Of a stretch of 32,000 nt of DNA, positions 17,171-25,973 are shown in pieces. The stretch's first letter is position 1; every line of letters starts with the position of its first letter. The notes below the pieces were generated by a model that saw only the letters and a program-made list of their open reading frames with translations, was not told where the DNA came from and did no database searches. The stretch is from Pseudomonas aeruginosa. Lineage in GTDB: Bacteria > Pseudomonadota > Gammaproteobacteria > Pseudomonadales > Pseudomonadaceae. The position numbers were made by a program, and so were the translations under genes. The stretch lies in the NCBI RefSeq assembly GCF_001457615.1, contig NZ_LN831024.1:1440001-1472000 (forward strand), read 5' to 3'.

Positions 17171-17954
17171 AGCCCTGGGCCTGGAGGAACAGGCCGAACA
17201 GCTCGGACTGCGACTTGATGCCGAGCTTGCCGTACATGTGCTTGCGGTGGACCTTCACGGTTTCCGCCGAGATCGCCAGCTTGCGGGCGATCTCCTTGCT
17301 CGAGCAGCCGCTGAGCATCAGCCTGCCGACCTCCAGTTCGCGCGCCGTCAGCGGCGTGCCCATCTGCTCCGCGACCTTCTCCAGCGAACCCTGCCAGCCC
17401 GGCTCCGGCGCCGCGGGGCTGTTCAACACTTCGTCCTCGAAGGCCAGGCGCTGGCGCATCAGCCCGGCCACCCAGGGCCGCACCAGGCCGAGCACGGCGA
17501 GTTGCTCGGGGGTGAAGCGGCGCCGCGAGCCGAGCGACAGGCAGAGGGTGCGTTCGCCGGAGAGCTGGACGTTGATCTGGATTTCATCGGCCACCACGTT
17601 GAGGCGGAAGTAACGCTGGTAGTAATCGGTCTGCTCGAAGCATTCCGGTGCCACGTCGGCCAGACGGAACAGGCCGCTGCACGGGTTCTCGCGGCTGGCG
17701 ATGTAGAACGGGTCGAGCAGGTAGAGGCCTCGCAGGTAGTCCTGGAACAGCGGGTCCGGCCCGCCGTCGGCGCCCGGGCATTCGGCGAACACCTGTGGCC
17801 GGCCCTGGCTGAACAGCAGGGCCACCCAGCTGTCGAACGGAACGTACTGTTCGAGCAGGCGTACCAGGCGAATCCAGAAGTCCGGCGCATCCAGCGCCTC
17901 GACCAGTTGCCCGACGGAGCGGTGCCAGGCGATGTCCTGCAAGGTGAAACTCAT
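17169..17954 (-). CDS. LuxR/GerE-family transcriptional regulator with an uncharacterised N-terminal domain of about 190 aa
   Basis: 261 aa with a C-terminal GerE HTH (LTARELEVGRLMLSGCSSKEIARKLAISAETVKVHRKHMYGKLG). The N-terminus is not a receiver domain, as no conserved DD...D...K pattern is recognisable. Confidence 0.85.
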   Translation of the reverse strand: MSFTLQDIAWHRSVGQLVEALDAPDFWIRLVRLLEQYVPFDSWVALLFSQGRPQVFAECPGADGGPDPLFQDYLRGLYLLDPFYIASRENPCSGLFRLADVAPECFEQTDYYQRYFRLNVVADEIQINVQLSGERTLCLSLGSRRRFTPEQLAVLGLVRPWVAGLMRQRLAFEDEVLNSPAAPEPGWQGSLEKVAEQMGTPLTARELEVGRLMLSGCSSKEIARKLAISAETVKVHRKHMYGKLGIKSQSELFGLFLQAQG

Positions 17955-18081
17955 CTTCTACCCCTGTTGGGTTAACCCTCGGACGTAATTATCGGCGCGG
18001 GGAACGCCAAGCATACTGTGCCGACTCCTGCATACGAACAGCGCGCGTGCCGAACAGCGCCGAGAACAACAAGGAATTCCG

Positions 18082-18897
18082 ATGAAAGTCGAACTCGTCC
18101 AGATCGCCGGTCGCGATGGCGACACCGCGCACAACCTGGAGCGCGCCCTGGCGGCCATCGCCGACTGTGCGGCGGACACCGAACTGGTGGTGTTCCCGGA
18201 AACCCACCTGACCGGCTTCCCCAGCGAAGACAACATCGCCGCCCTCGCCGAGCCGCTCGACGGCCCGACGGTCAGCGCGGTGCAGCGCGTCGCCCGTGAA
18301 CGTAACGTTTCGGTGGCGATCGGCATCGCCGAGGCGGACGCCGGCCGCTATTACAACACCACCCTGCTGATCGCTCCCGACGGCATCGCCCTGAAATACC
18401 GCAAGACCCACCTGTGGGCCTCCGACCGCGGCATCTTCACGCCTGGCGACCGCTACGCCACCGCCCTGTGGAACGGCATCCGGGTCGGCCTGCTGGTGTG
18501 CTTCGACATCGAGTTCCCGGAAAGCGCGCGGGCCCTCGGCCAACTGGGTGCGGAACTGATCATCGTGACCAATGGCAACATGGACCCCTATGGCCCGACC
18601 CATCGCACCGCGATCATGGCCCGCGCCATGGAAAACCAGGCCTACGCGGTGATGGTCAACCGCGTCGGGCATGGCGACGGCGGGCTGGTCTTCGCCGGCG
18701 GCAGCGCGGTGGTCGATCCCTATGGCCAGTTGCTCTGCGAGGCCGGGCGCGAAGAATGCCGGCAGATCGTCGAACTGGACCTCGGCCGGTTGCAGGATGC
18801 GCGTCGGGATTACCGTTACCTCGAAGAGCGTCGCCTGGTCCTGCCCGGCGAGCGCCGCGAGCACCCGGACGGCCTGCGCGAATTGCTGATTCCCTGA
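18082..18897 (+). CDS. Carbon-nitrogen hydrolase (nitrilase superfamily) amidase
   Basis: 271 aa. The E-K-C catalytic triad contexts are present: LVVFPE, YRKTHLW and GLLVCFDIEFPE. AAGGA lies upstream of the ATG. Confidence 0.85.
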   Translation: MKVELVQIAGRDGDTAHNLERALAAIADCAADTELVVFPETHLTGFPSEDNIAALAEPLDGPTVSAVQRVARERNVSVAIGIAEADAGRYYNTTLLIAPDGIALKYRKTHLWASDRGIFTPGDRYATALWNGIRVGLLVCFDIEFPESARALGQLGAELIIVTNGNMDPYGPTHRTAIMARAMENQAYAVMVNRVGHGDGGLVFAGGSAVVDPYGQLLCEAGREECRQIVELDLGRLQDARRDYRYLEERRLVLPGERREHPDGLRELLIP

Positions 18898-19096
18898 TTC
18901 ACCGCGGCGCGACAGGAGCGTCGCGTCGTCCTCCGTCCGCCAGCGAGCGGGCGAGGATGGGCCCGGAAAGCCGTAGCACAACGATGGGCGCCCGAGCGTC
19001 CGCCGGTCTCCCGGGTGAGGGGAGGCCCCTGCGCCCCGCGGCCCGGCCGGCTGCGGGCCACTGCCATAACAAACGATAATTCCGGAGTAAGCAGTA

Positions 19097-20419
19097 ATGG
19101 CCAGACTCAAGCGCACCCTGTCGCTGGGTTCCGTGGTGCTGTTCGGCATCGCCTACATGACCCCCATCATCGTCCTCGGGACTTTCGGCATCCTCGCCGA
19201 GACCACCCAGGGACACGTCCCCGCCGCCTACATCGCCGCTTCCCTGGCGATGCTCTTCACCGCCCTCAGCTACGGGCGCATGGCCGCGGCCTTCCCCGTG
19301 GCCGGCTCGGCCTATACCTACGTGCGCAAGGCCATCGATTCCCGGCTCGGCTTCATCGCCGGCTGGGCGGTGCTGCTCGACTACCTGTTCCTGCCGATGG
19401 CGATCTGGCTGATCGGCGCCGCCTACCTGCACTCGGCCTTTCCCGCGGTACCCAACGCGGTCTGGGTGCTGGCGTTCATCGGCGTGACCACGACGATCAA
19501 CATCGTCGGCCTGCGCCTGGCGAAGAACGTCAATGGCCTGCTGATGCTGGTGCAGTTCCTGGTCCTCGGCGCCTTCGTCGCACTCTGCGTGCACTACGTG
19601 CTGGGCGACCCGGGCAAGCCGTTATGGTCACTGCAACCGTTGCTCGGTGGCGACCTGCAGGTGCCGCTGGTGATGAGCGGTGCGGCGATCGCCTGCTACT
19701 CGTTCCTCGGTTTCGACGCGGTCAGTACCCTGACCGAGGAAACCCGCGACCCGCGGCGCAACATCCCGCGGGCGATCCTGCTGATCACCCTGCTGGGCGG
19801 GTTGATCTTCATCGTCACCTCGTACTTCGTGCAACTGGCGCACCCGTCGTTCGCCTTCGACAGCGCGGACTCGGCGGCCTACGAGATCGCCCGCAACATC
19901 GGTGGCGACCTGTTCGTGACCTTCTTCCTGGTCGGCCTGATCGTCGGCCAGTTCACCTCCGGCCTCTCGGCCCAGGCCAGCGCCTCGCGCCTGCTCTTCG
20001 CCATGGGCCGCGACGGCGTCCTTCCGCGGCCGTTCTTCGGGCGTCTCGGCAAGCGCTTCGAGACGCCGGTGAACAGCATCGTCCTGTGCGGCGTGGTGGC
20101 CCTGCTGGCGCTGCAGATGGACGTGACCACCTCCACCTCGTTCATCAACTTCGGCGCCTTCCTCGCCTTCAGCCTGGTCAACCTGTCGGTGGTCTTCCAC
20201 TACTACCTTGGCGCCGAGCGCCGCGGCCCACGGGAAACCCTGTTGTTCCTGGTATTCCCTGGCATCGGCCTGGTCGCCGACCTGTGGCTGATGGCCAGCC
20301 TCGACCATCTGGCGATCATCCTCGGCCTCTGCTGGCTGGCGCTGGGCGCGGTGTACCTGGCGGCGATCACCCACGGTTTCCGCGAGCAGCCGCCGGAGAT
20401 GCGTTTCGAGGAGGGCTGA
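19097..20419 (+). CDS. APC-superfamily amino acid/polyamine permease (PuuP-like)
   Basis: 440 aa with about 12 hydrophobic helices. The N-terminal region (LGSVVLFGIAYMTPIIVLGTFGILAETTQGHVPAAYIAA...FPVAGSAYTYVRKAI) resembles my memory of the E. coli putrescine importer PuuP. Confidence 0.88.
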   Translation: MARLKRTLSLGSVVLFGIAYMTPIIVLGTFGILAETTQGHVPAAYIAASLAMLFTALSYGRMAAAFPVAGSAYTYVRKAIDSRLGFIAGWAVLLDYLFLPMAIWLIGAAYLHSAFPAVPNAVWVLAFIGVTTTINIVGLRLAKNVNGLLMLVQFLVLGAFVALCVHYVLGDPGKPLWSLQPLLGGDLQVPLVMSGAAIACYSFLGFDAVSTLTEETRDPRRNIPRAILLITLLGGLIFIVTSYFVQLAHPSFAFDSADSAAYEIARNIGGDLFVTFFLVGLIVGQFTSGLSAQASASRLLFAMGRDGVLPRPFFGRLGKRFETPVNSIVLCGVVALLALQMDVTTSTSFINFGAFLAFSLVNLSVVFHYYLGAERRGPRETLLFLVFPGIGLVADLWLMASLDHLAIILGLCWLALGAVYLAAITHGFREQPPEMRFEEG

Positions 20420-20508
20420 GAAAGAATCGACGCCCGTTTCGCGGCGGCAAGGCGCAGGCTCCTGGCCTAGAGTGGCTATCCATCGCCTCCCTGGTTCCGG
20501 AGCCGGCC

Positions 20509-21582
20509 ATGTCCGACGCAGCGTTGTTCCTTCCCCTTCCCGATGACGACACCCTGTATGCCGCGCTGTTGGCGCGCGACCCCGCCTACGATGGCTTCGC
20601 CTTCGTCGGGGTGAAGAGCACCGGGGTGTTCTGCCGCCTGACCTGCCCGGCGCGCAAGCCGAAGCGCGAGAACACCCTGTTCTTCGATTCGATCAAGGGC
20701 TGCGTCGAGGCCGGCTTCCGACCCTGCCTGCGTTGCCGGCCGCTGGAGCGGCTCGGCACGCAGGGGCCGCTGGTCAGCGACCTGCTCCAGCGCCTCGGTC
20801 GGCAACCGCAGCGGCGCTGGTTCGAAGACGACCTGGCGGCGCTGGGCTATGACCCGTCCACCGTGCGCCGTGCCTTCAAGCGCGAGTTCGGCGTGACCTT
20901 TCTGGAAATGGCTCGCCTGCGCCGTCTTGGCCAGGTCGCCGAGCGGCTGTCCTCGGGCGCGCGGGTGATCGACGCGCAACTGGATGCCAGCTTCGACTCT
21001 GACAGCGGCTTCCGTAGCGCCTTCGCGCGCCTGCTGGGCGAGCCGCCGTCGCAGTTGCGCGGGCGCGAGCTGCTCAAGGCGGACTGGCTGCAGACCCCGC
21101 TCGGCGCCATGCTCGCGGTGGCCGATGCGCAGGCCCTGCACCTGCTGGAATTCTTCGACCGCCCGGCGTTGAGCGGGGAGCTGAAACGCCTGCAGAAGAG
21201 CAGCGGATCGAGCATCGGTTTCGGCCGTTTCGCCTCCATCGACAGGATCGAGGCGGAACTCGCCGACTACTTCGGCGGTACTCCAGTGCGCTTCCAGACC
21301 CCCTTGGCGCTGAACGCCTCGGCCTTCACCCGCACGGTCTGGCAGGCGCTGCGCGAGGTACCGTGCGGCAGCACGCAGAGCTACGCCGGGCTGGCCAGGT
21401 CCATCGGCTCGCCGTCGTCGGTGCGCGCCGTGGCCCGCGCCAACGGAGCCAACCAGATCGCCATCGTGATTCCCTGCCACCGCGTCATCGGTTCGGACGG
21501 TTCCCTGACCGGCTATGGCGGTGGCCTGTGGCGCAAGCGCTGGTTGCTGGAGCACGAGCGGCGCATGGGCGCTGCCGGCTAG
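20509..21582 (+). CDS. Ada-type bifunctional regulator / methylated-DNA-protein-cysteine methyltransferase
   Basis: True start MSDAALFLPLPDD at 20509. The track ORF 19015-21582 is an upstream open-frame extension across the permease gene in another frame. The protein has an N-terminal Ada zinc/methylphosphotriester domain (FCRLTCPARKPKREN...GFRPCLRCRP), a central AraC-type HTH region and a C-terminal MGMT active site (IVIPCHRVIG). 357 aa. Confidence 0.85.
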   Translation: MSDAALFLPLPDDDTLYAALLARDPAYDGFAFVGVKSTGVFCRLTCPARKPKRENTLFFDSIKGCVEAGFRPCLRCRPLERLGTQGPLVSDLLQRLGRQPQRRWFEDDLAALGYDPSTVRRAFKREFGVTFLEMARLRRLGQVAERLSSGARVIDAQLDASFDSDSGFRSAFARLLGEPPSQLRGRELLKADWLQTPLGAMLAVADAQALHLLEFFDRPALSGELKRLQKSSGSSIGFGRFASIDRIEAELADYFGGTPVRFQTPLALNASAFTRTVWQALREVPCGSTQSYAGLARSIGSPSSVRAVARANGANQIAIVIPCHRVIGSDGSLTGYGGGLWRKRWLLEHERRMGAAG

Positions 21583-22988
21583 CCGGGATCGCCGCCCAGA
21601 AGCCGGGCGGGGGCGCGCAACACCGGTTCCCGCTCGACCGCTGCGGGCCGCTGCAAGTCCTCGGCGTCGGCGCGCTCGGCGGTCGACAGGTCGCTGGCGT
21701 GGAATCCGGTGATCCGCAACAGGGCCAGGGTACAGGCCAGCGAGACCAGCGCGTAGCAGGCTGAGGCCAGGGCCACGCCGACGATGCTGCCGGTACTGTT
21801 GAGAATCCACTGGGCCAGTACCGGCGTACCGCCGCCGACCAGCAGCGAGCAGAGCTGGTAGGCCAGCGACAGGCCGGTGTAGCGCACCCGCGCCGGGAAG
21901 GCTCGGGCGAGGATACCGCCCACCGCGCCGTAGAACATCGCGTGCGGCACCGTGGCCAGGCACATGCCGACCGCGGCGATCCAGTAGACCTTGGTTTCCA
22001 CGGCGAAGAACATCGCCGGCATCAGGATGAACTCCGGCAGCACCATCAGGCATGCCGCCTTGCGCATGTCGATGCGCGAAGTGAGCAGCGCCCCCAGCGG
22101 CTGGCTGAGGAACTGCACCACCAGCGCGACCACGATGATGCTGAGGAAGGTGCCCTGGCTGTAGCCGAGGGTCTTGGTCGCCCAGGAGAGGGCGAAGGTG
22201 CTCTTGAAGTAGGTGACGTGGATGATCGGCAGCACGCCGGCGCCGAGCAGGACGATCTTCCAGTGCTTGCCCAGCACCTCGGCGAGCGGCAGCTTCACCG
22301 TGCGCTTCTGCGCCAGCACACGCTTCATGTCTTCCGACTCCTCCAGCTTCAGGCGGATCACCATGCCGACGATGACCAGCACCGCAGAGAGCAGGAACGG
22401 CGCGCGCCAGCCCCAGAGAATGAAGTCCGAGGCGGGCAGGGCGCTGAGGGCGAAGAACGCCAGGGTCGCCAGCAGGTTGCCGGTGGGCGAGCCCTGCTGG
22501 GCGAAGGCGGCGTACAGGATGCCCTTGCCCTTGGGCGCGCTTTCGCTGGCGATCAGGATCGCGCCGCCCCACTCGCCGCCGACCGCGATGCCCTGGACGA
22601 TACGCAGCGCCACCAGGGAGATCGGCGCCCAGATGCCGATCTGCGTATAGACCGGCAACAGGCCGATGCAGGTCGTGGCGATGCCCATCATGATCAGGGT
22701 GATCACCAGGGTGGTCTTGCGGCCGATGCGGTCGCCGAGATGGCCGAAGATGATCCCGCCCAGCGGGCGAGCGATGAAGCCCGACCAGAGGGTGACGAAG
22801 GACAGCAGGGTGGCCAGGCCCGGATCCATGTCGGCGGGGAAGAATACCTTGCCGAACACCAGGGCGGCGGCCAGGCCGTAGATGTAGAAGTCGTACCACT
22901 CGATGGTGGTGCCGATGAAGGAGGCGATACCGGCCCTGCGGGCCTTCTTGTGCAGGTCGGCGTCTTCGGGAGAGGGCGTGCGCGGCAT
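21579..22988 (-). CDS. MFS transporter, metabolite:H+ symporter (MHS) family (KgtP/PcaT-like carboxylate transporter)
   Basis: The MHS hallmark is near the N-terminus (IASFIGTTIEWYDFYIYGLAAALVFGKVFFP), followed by GDRIGRKTTL and 12 hydrophobic segments. Start placed at the ATG at 22988 (MPRTPSPED); the track start at 23024 is a GTG. Confidence 0.88.
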   Translation of the reverse strand: MPRTPSPEDADLHKKARRAGIASFIGTTIEWYDFYIYGLAAALVFGKVFFPADMDPGLATLLSFVTLWSGFIARPLGGIIFGHLGDRIGRKTTLVITLIMMGIATTCIGLLPVYTQIGIWAPISLVALRIVQGIAVGGEWGGAILIASESAPKGKGILYAAFAQQGSPTGNLLATLAFFALSALPASDFILWGWRAPFLLSAVLVIVGMVIRLKLEESEDMKRVLAQKRTVKLPLAEVLGKHWKIVLLGAGVLPIIHVTYFKSTFALSWATKTLGYSQGTFLSIIVVALVVQFLSQPLGALLTSRIDMRKAACLMVLPEFILMPAMFFAVETKVYWIAAVGMCLATVPHAMFYGAVGGILARAFPARVRYTGLSLAYQLCSLLVGGGTPVLAQWILNSTGSIVGVALASACYALVSLACTLALLRITGFHASDLSTAERADAEDLQRPAAVEREPVLRAPARLLGGDPG

Positions 22989-23206
22989 GGGTCGAGTCCT
23001 GTTTATTGTTGTTCTCGCCGACACGCCGCTCCCTACCGCCCTTCGCTGAAAGGCGGGGCGGAAACGCTGGTTTCCGTGGAGGGAGAGCGTGCGTCGGTGT
23101 TGACCCGGGTGCCTCGGAGTCTAGGTGGCACCCCCGCAAATCAATAGTCTTTTAATCTTATGGCTCGATAAGGGATTCCATATCGACGTTTTCCGTCAGC
23201 CCTCGC

Positions 23207-24094
23207 TCAGGCGTCGTCCAGGCCGCTCTTCAGCGTCGCCAGGAACGCCTGCGCCGCCCGGGAAGGTTCGCTGGCCGGAAGGATCGCGTGGATCTCCGAA
23301 CGCGCGCCGGCCGGCTCGATCTCCAGGTAGCGCACCTCGTTCCGCCAGGCCAGGCAGAGGGTCTCCGGGATCAGCGCGACGCCCATGCCGAGACCGACCA
23401 TGGCGGCGACGGTCTGCCACAGGCGCGCCTCGTGGCGGATGCGCGGGCTGAAGCCGGCGTCCACGCAGCGGGCGATGATCAGGTCGTGGTAGTGCGGGGA
23501 GACATGGCGCGGGAAGAGGATGAAGTCTTCGTCGCGCAGTTCGGCGAGGTCCAGACGCGCCTGGCCAGCCAGGCGGTGCCCGGCGGGCAGGCAGCAGAGG
23601 AACGGGTCGCTGATCAAGGGTTCGGAGACGATTTCCGCCGGCAGCCTGCCCCAGTGCACGAAGCCCAGGTCGATCTGCCCGCGCTGCAACGCCTGGGCCT
23701 GCTCCGCGCTGTTCATTTCGCCGAGCACCACCTCCATGTTCGGGTGCTCCCGTTCGAAGCGGGACATGGCCCTGGGCAGGCCGCGGTAGAGCATGGAGTT
23801 GACGAAGCCGACGCGCAGTTGGCCGACGTCGCCCTCGGCGGATAGCTGGGTCAGGCGTTTCACCTTCTCTGCCTGCAGCAGCAGGTTGCGCGCTTCCACC
23901 AGCAGGACCTGGCCGGCGCCGGTGAGCTTCACCGACTTGTTGTTGCGCAGCAGCAATTGGGTTCCGAGCTGTTCCTCCAGCTTCTTGATGTCGAAGCTCA
24001 GCGCCGGCTGGGAGATGAACAGGCGAGCCGCGGCGCGACCGAAATGCAGTTCCTCGGCGACCGCGATGAAGTAGCGAAGCTGTCTGAGATCCAT
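23207..24094 (-). CDS. LysR-family transcriptional regulator
   Basis: N-terminal wHTH (MDLRQLRYFIAVAEELHFGRAAARLFISQPALSFDIKKLEEQLG) followed by a LysR substrate-binding domain. It is divergent from the acyl-CoA operon. The ATG at 24094 is preferred over the GTG at 24103. Confidence 0.92.
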   Translation of the reverse strand: MDLRQLRYFIAVAEELHFGRAAARLFISQPALSFDIKKLEEQLGTQLLLRNNKSVKLTGAGQVLLVEARNLLLQAEKVKRLTQLSAEGDVGQLRVGFVNSMLYRGLPRAMSRFEREHPNMEVVLGEMNSAEQAQALQRGQIDLGFVHWGRLPAEIVSEPLISDPFLCCLPAGHRLAGQARLDLAELRDEDFILFPRHVSPHYHDLIIARCVDAGFSPRIRHEARLWQTVAAMVGLGMGVALIPETLCLAWRNEVRYLEIEPAGARSEIHAILPASEPSRAAQAFLATLKSGLDDA

Positions 24095-24207
24095 GGCAGG
24101 CACCTGGTTCTACGATCTGTTTTTCTTATCGTCGATGATTTTTTTTGTATTGGATGCTTATCGAAGCACTCGCCTAGTCTCGGCGCAAGACAAGCAGGAG
24201 CCGCGCC

Positions 24208-25935
24208 ATGACCGCCATGCCCGAAGTACTTCGCGAAGATACGCTGAACATCCCCGACAGCCGTGGGCTGAATCTCTACACCTGCGATCCGGCCCTGGAG
24301 CGGCTGCTGGAGGTATACCTGCCGCCGGCGTTGCTCGCCGAATGGCGGCCGCTCCTCGAACGGCTCGGCGCCCGTGCCGGCGGCGAGCTGGACGTGCTGG
24401 CGCTGGCGGCGGACAAGAACCCGCCGGTGCTGGCGCCGCGCACCCGCCGCGGCGAGGATTTGCAGAGCATTCGCAAGCATCCGGACTACGTCGCCCTCGA
24501 ACAGGTGGCCTATGCCGAACTTGGCCTGGCTTCCATGAGCCATCGCCCGGACGGCCCGCCGCCGCTGGTGAAGTATGCGCTCACCCACCTGTTCGTACAG
24601 GCCGAGTTCGGCCTTTGCTGCCCGGTCAGCATGACCGACTCGCTGACCCGCACCCTGCGCAGGTTCGGCGCGCCAGAACTGGTCGAGCGCTACCTGCCGT
24701 CCCTCGCCTCGCGGGATTTCGACGAGCTGTTCCAGGGCGCCATGTTCATGACCGAGCAGGCCGCCGGCTCCGATGTGGCGCGGACCCGTACCGTGGCGCG
24801 GGAGCAGGGCGGTGAGTGGAAGCTCTACGGCGACAAGTGGTTCTGCTCCAACCCGGACGCCGACCTGGCGATGGTCCTGGCCCGCCCCGAAGGCGCGCCG
24901 GAAGGAATGAAGGGCGTGACCCTGTTCCTGTTGCCGAAGGTCCGCGAGGACGGCACGCGCAACGCCTATCGCATCGTCCGCCTGAAGGACAAGCTGGGCA
25001 GCCGCTCCATGGCCAGCGGCGAAGTCCGCCTGGAAGGCGCCAGCGCCTACCTGATCGGCGAGATCGGCCGCGGCTTCCAGCAGATGGCCGACATGGTCAA
25101 CATGTCGCGCCTGTCCAACGGCGTGCGCGCCGCCGGGCTGATGCGCCGGGCGCTGAGCGAGGCGCTGTTCGTCGCCCGCCATCGGCGCGCCTTCGGCAAG
25201 CACCTGATCGACATGCCGCTGATGCAGAAGCAGTTGCTGAAGATGATGCTGCCCACCGAACAGGCGCGCTCGATGTTCATGCAGATCGCCACGCTGCTGC
25301 CGCGCGCCGATGGCGGCGAGGTCGAGGCGCAGAAATGCGTGCGGATCCTCACCCCGCTGATCAAGTTCCGCGCCTGCCGCGATGCGCGACGGGTCACCGG
25401 CGACGCCATGGAGGTGCGCGGCGGGGTCGGCTACATCGAGGAGTGGAGCGACCCGCGGCTGGTGCGTGACGCCCACCTGGGGTCGATCTGGGAGGGCACC
25501 AGCAACATCGTGGCGCTGGACGTCGCCCGTGCGGTGAGCCGCGAACAGGCGCTCGAACCCTTGCAGCGCCACCTGCGCCGGCTGCTGGATGACAGCGACC
25601 TGCCAGGGGACGCCCGCGACCTCTTCGACGAACTGCTGGTGCGAGTGGTCGCGACCATGGCCGACGTCGCCGAGCGCCGCCAGGACGAGCAGGTGCGCCA
25701 GGCCGGCAGCGCCCTCTACCACCTGTGCACGGCGATCTTCATGGCCTGGGAAGCCAGCCGCCAGGCACCCGACCAGCGCCGCCTGGCCCTGGCCTTCCTG
25801 GTCGCCCGGCACAAGCTGCTGCCGCGCGACCCGCTGCACCTGGAGGGTTGGACCGACCAGGCCGAACTGCTGGCCAGGGTGGTCGGCGAGGTGCCGCTGA
25901 GCCAGGCCGAAGCCATGCAATTGCTGCCGGCCTGA
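24208..25935 (+). CDS. Acyl-CoA dehydrogenase, AidB-like long form
   Basis: 575 aa with AGGAG upstream. The N-terminal extension (NLYTCDPALERLL) is like the AidB N-domain. The ACAD core is present (MTEQAAGSDVA, KWFCSN, RGGVGYIEEW). Confidence 0.87.
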   Translation: MTAMPEVLREDTLNIPDSRGLNLYTCDPALERLLEVYLPPALLAEWRPLLERLGARAGGELDVLALAADKNPPVLAPRTRRGEDLQSIRKHPDYVALEQVAYAELGLASMSHRPDGPPPLVKYALTHLFVQAEFGLCCPVSMTDSLTRTLRRFGAPELVERYLPSLASRDFDELFQGAMFMTEQAAGSDVARTRTVAREQGGEWKLYGDKWFCSNPDADLAMVLARPEGAPEGMKGVTLFLLPKVREDGTRNAYRIVRLKDKLGSRSMASGEVRLEGASAYLIGEIGRGFQQMADMVNMSRLSNGVRAAGLMRRALSEALFVARHRRAFGKHLIDMPLMQKQLLKMMLPTEQARSMFMQIATLLPRADGGEVEAQKCVRILTPLIKFRACRDARRVTGDAMEVRGGVGYIEEWSDPRLVRDAHLGSIWEGTSNIVALDVARAVSREQALEPLQRHLRRLLDDSDLPGDARDLFDELLVRVVATMADVAERRQDEQVRQAGSALYHLCTAIFMAWEASRQAPDQRRLALAFLVARHKLLPRDPLHLEGWTDQAELLARVVGEVPLSQAEAMQLLPA

Positions 25936-25973
25936 CTGCCCGCATTCCCGCTCACAACAACCAGAGAGTCGCC

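Noticed and set aside
19015-20508. Apparent 855-aa permease-Ada fusion ORF (track 19015-21582)
   Set aside because: The first 498 codons are an open alternative frame across the permease gene (the permease is in a different frame, 19097-20419) and read as Arg/Pro-rich nonsense. The real Ada-type protein begins at the ATG at 20509.
20476-23139. 887-aa minus-strand ORF covering the Ada-type gene and the MFS gene
   Set aside because: It is antisense to the Ada-type gene and out of frame with the MFS gene. It is Arg/Pro/Gly-rich with no domains.
23998-25920. 640-aa ORF antisense to the acyl-CoA dehydrogenase. Similar antisense ORFs occur at 25716-26972, 26824-28146 and 29450-30943.
   Set aside because: Shadow ORFs. 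The plus-strand genes carry clear enzyme-family motifs and operon-like spacing.
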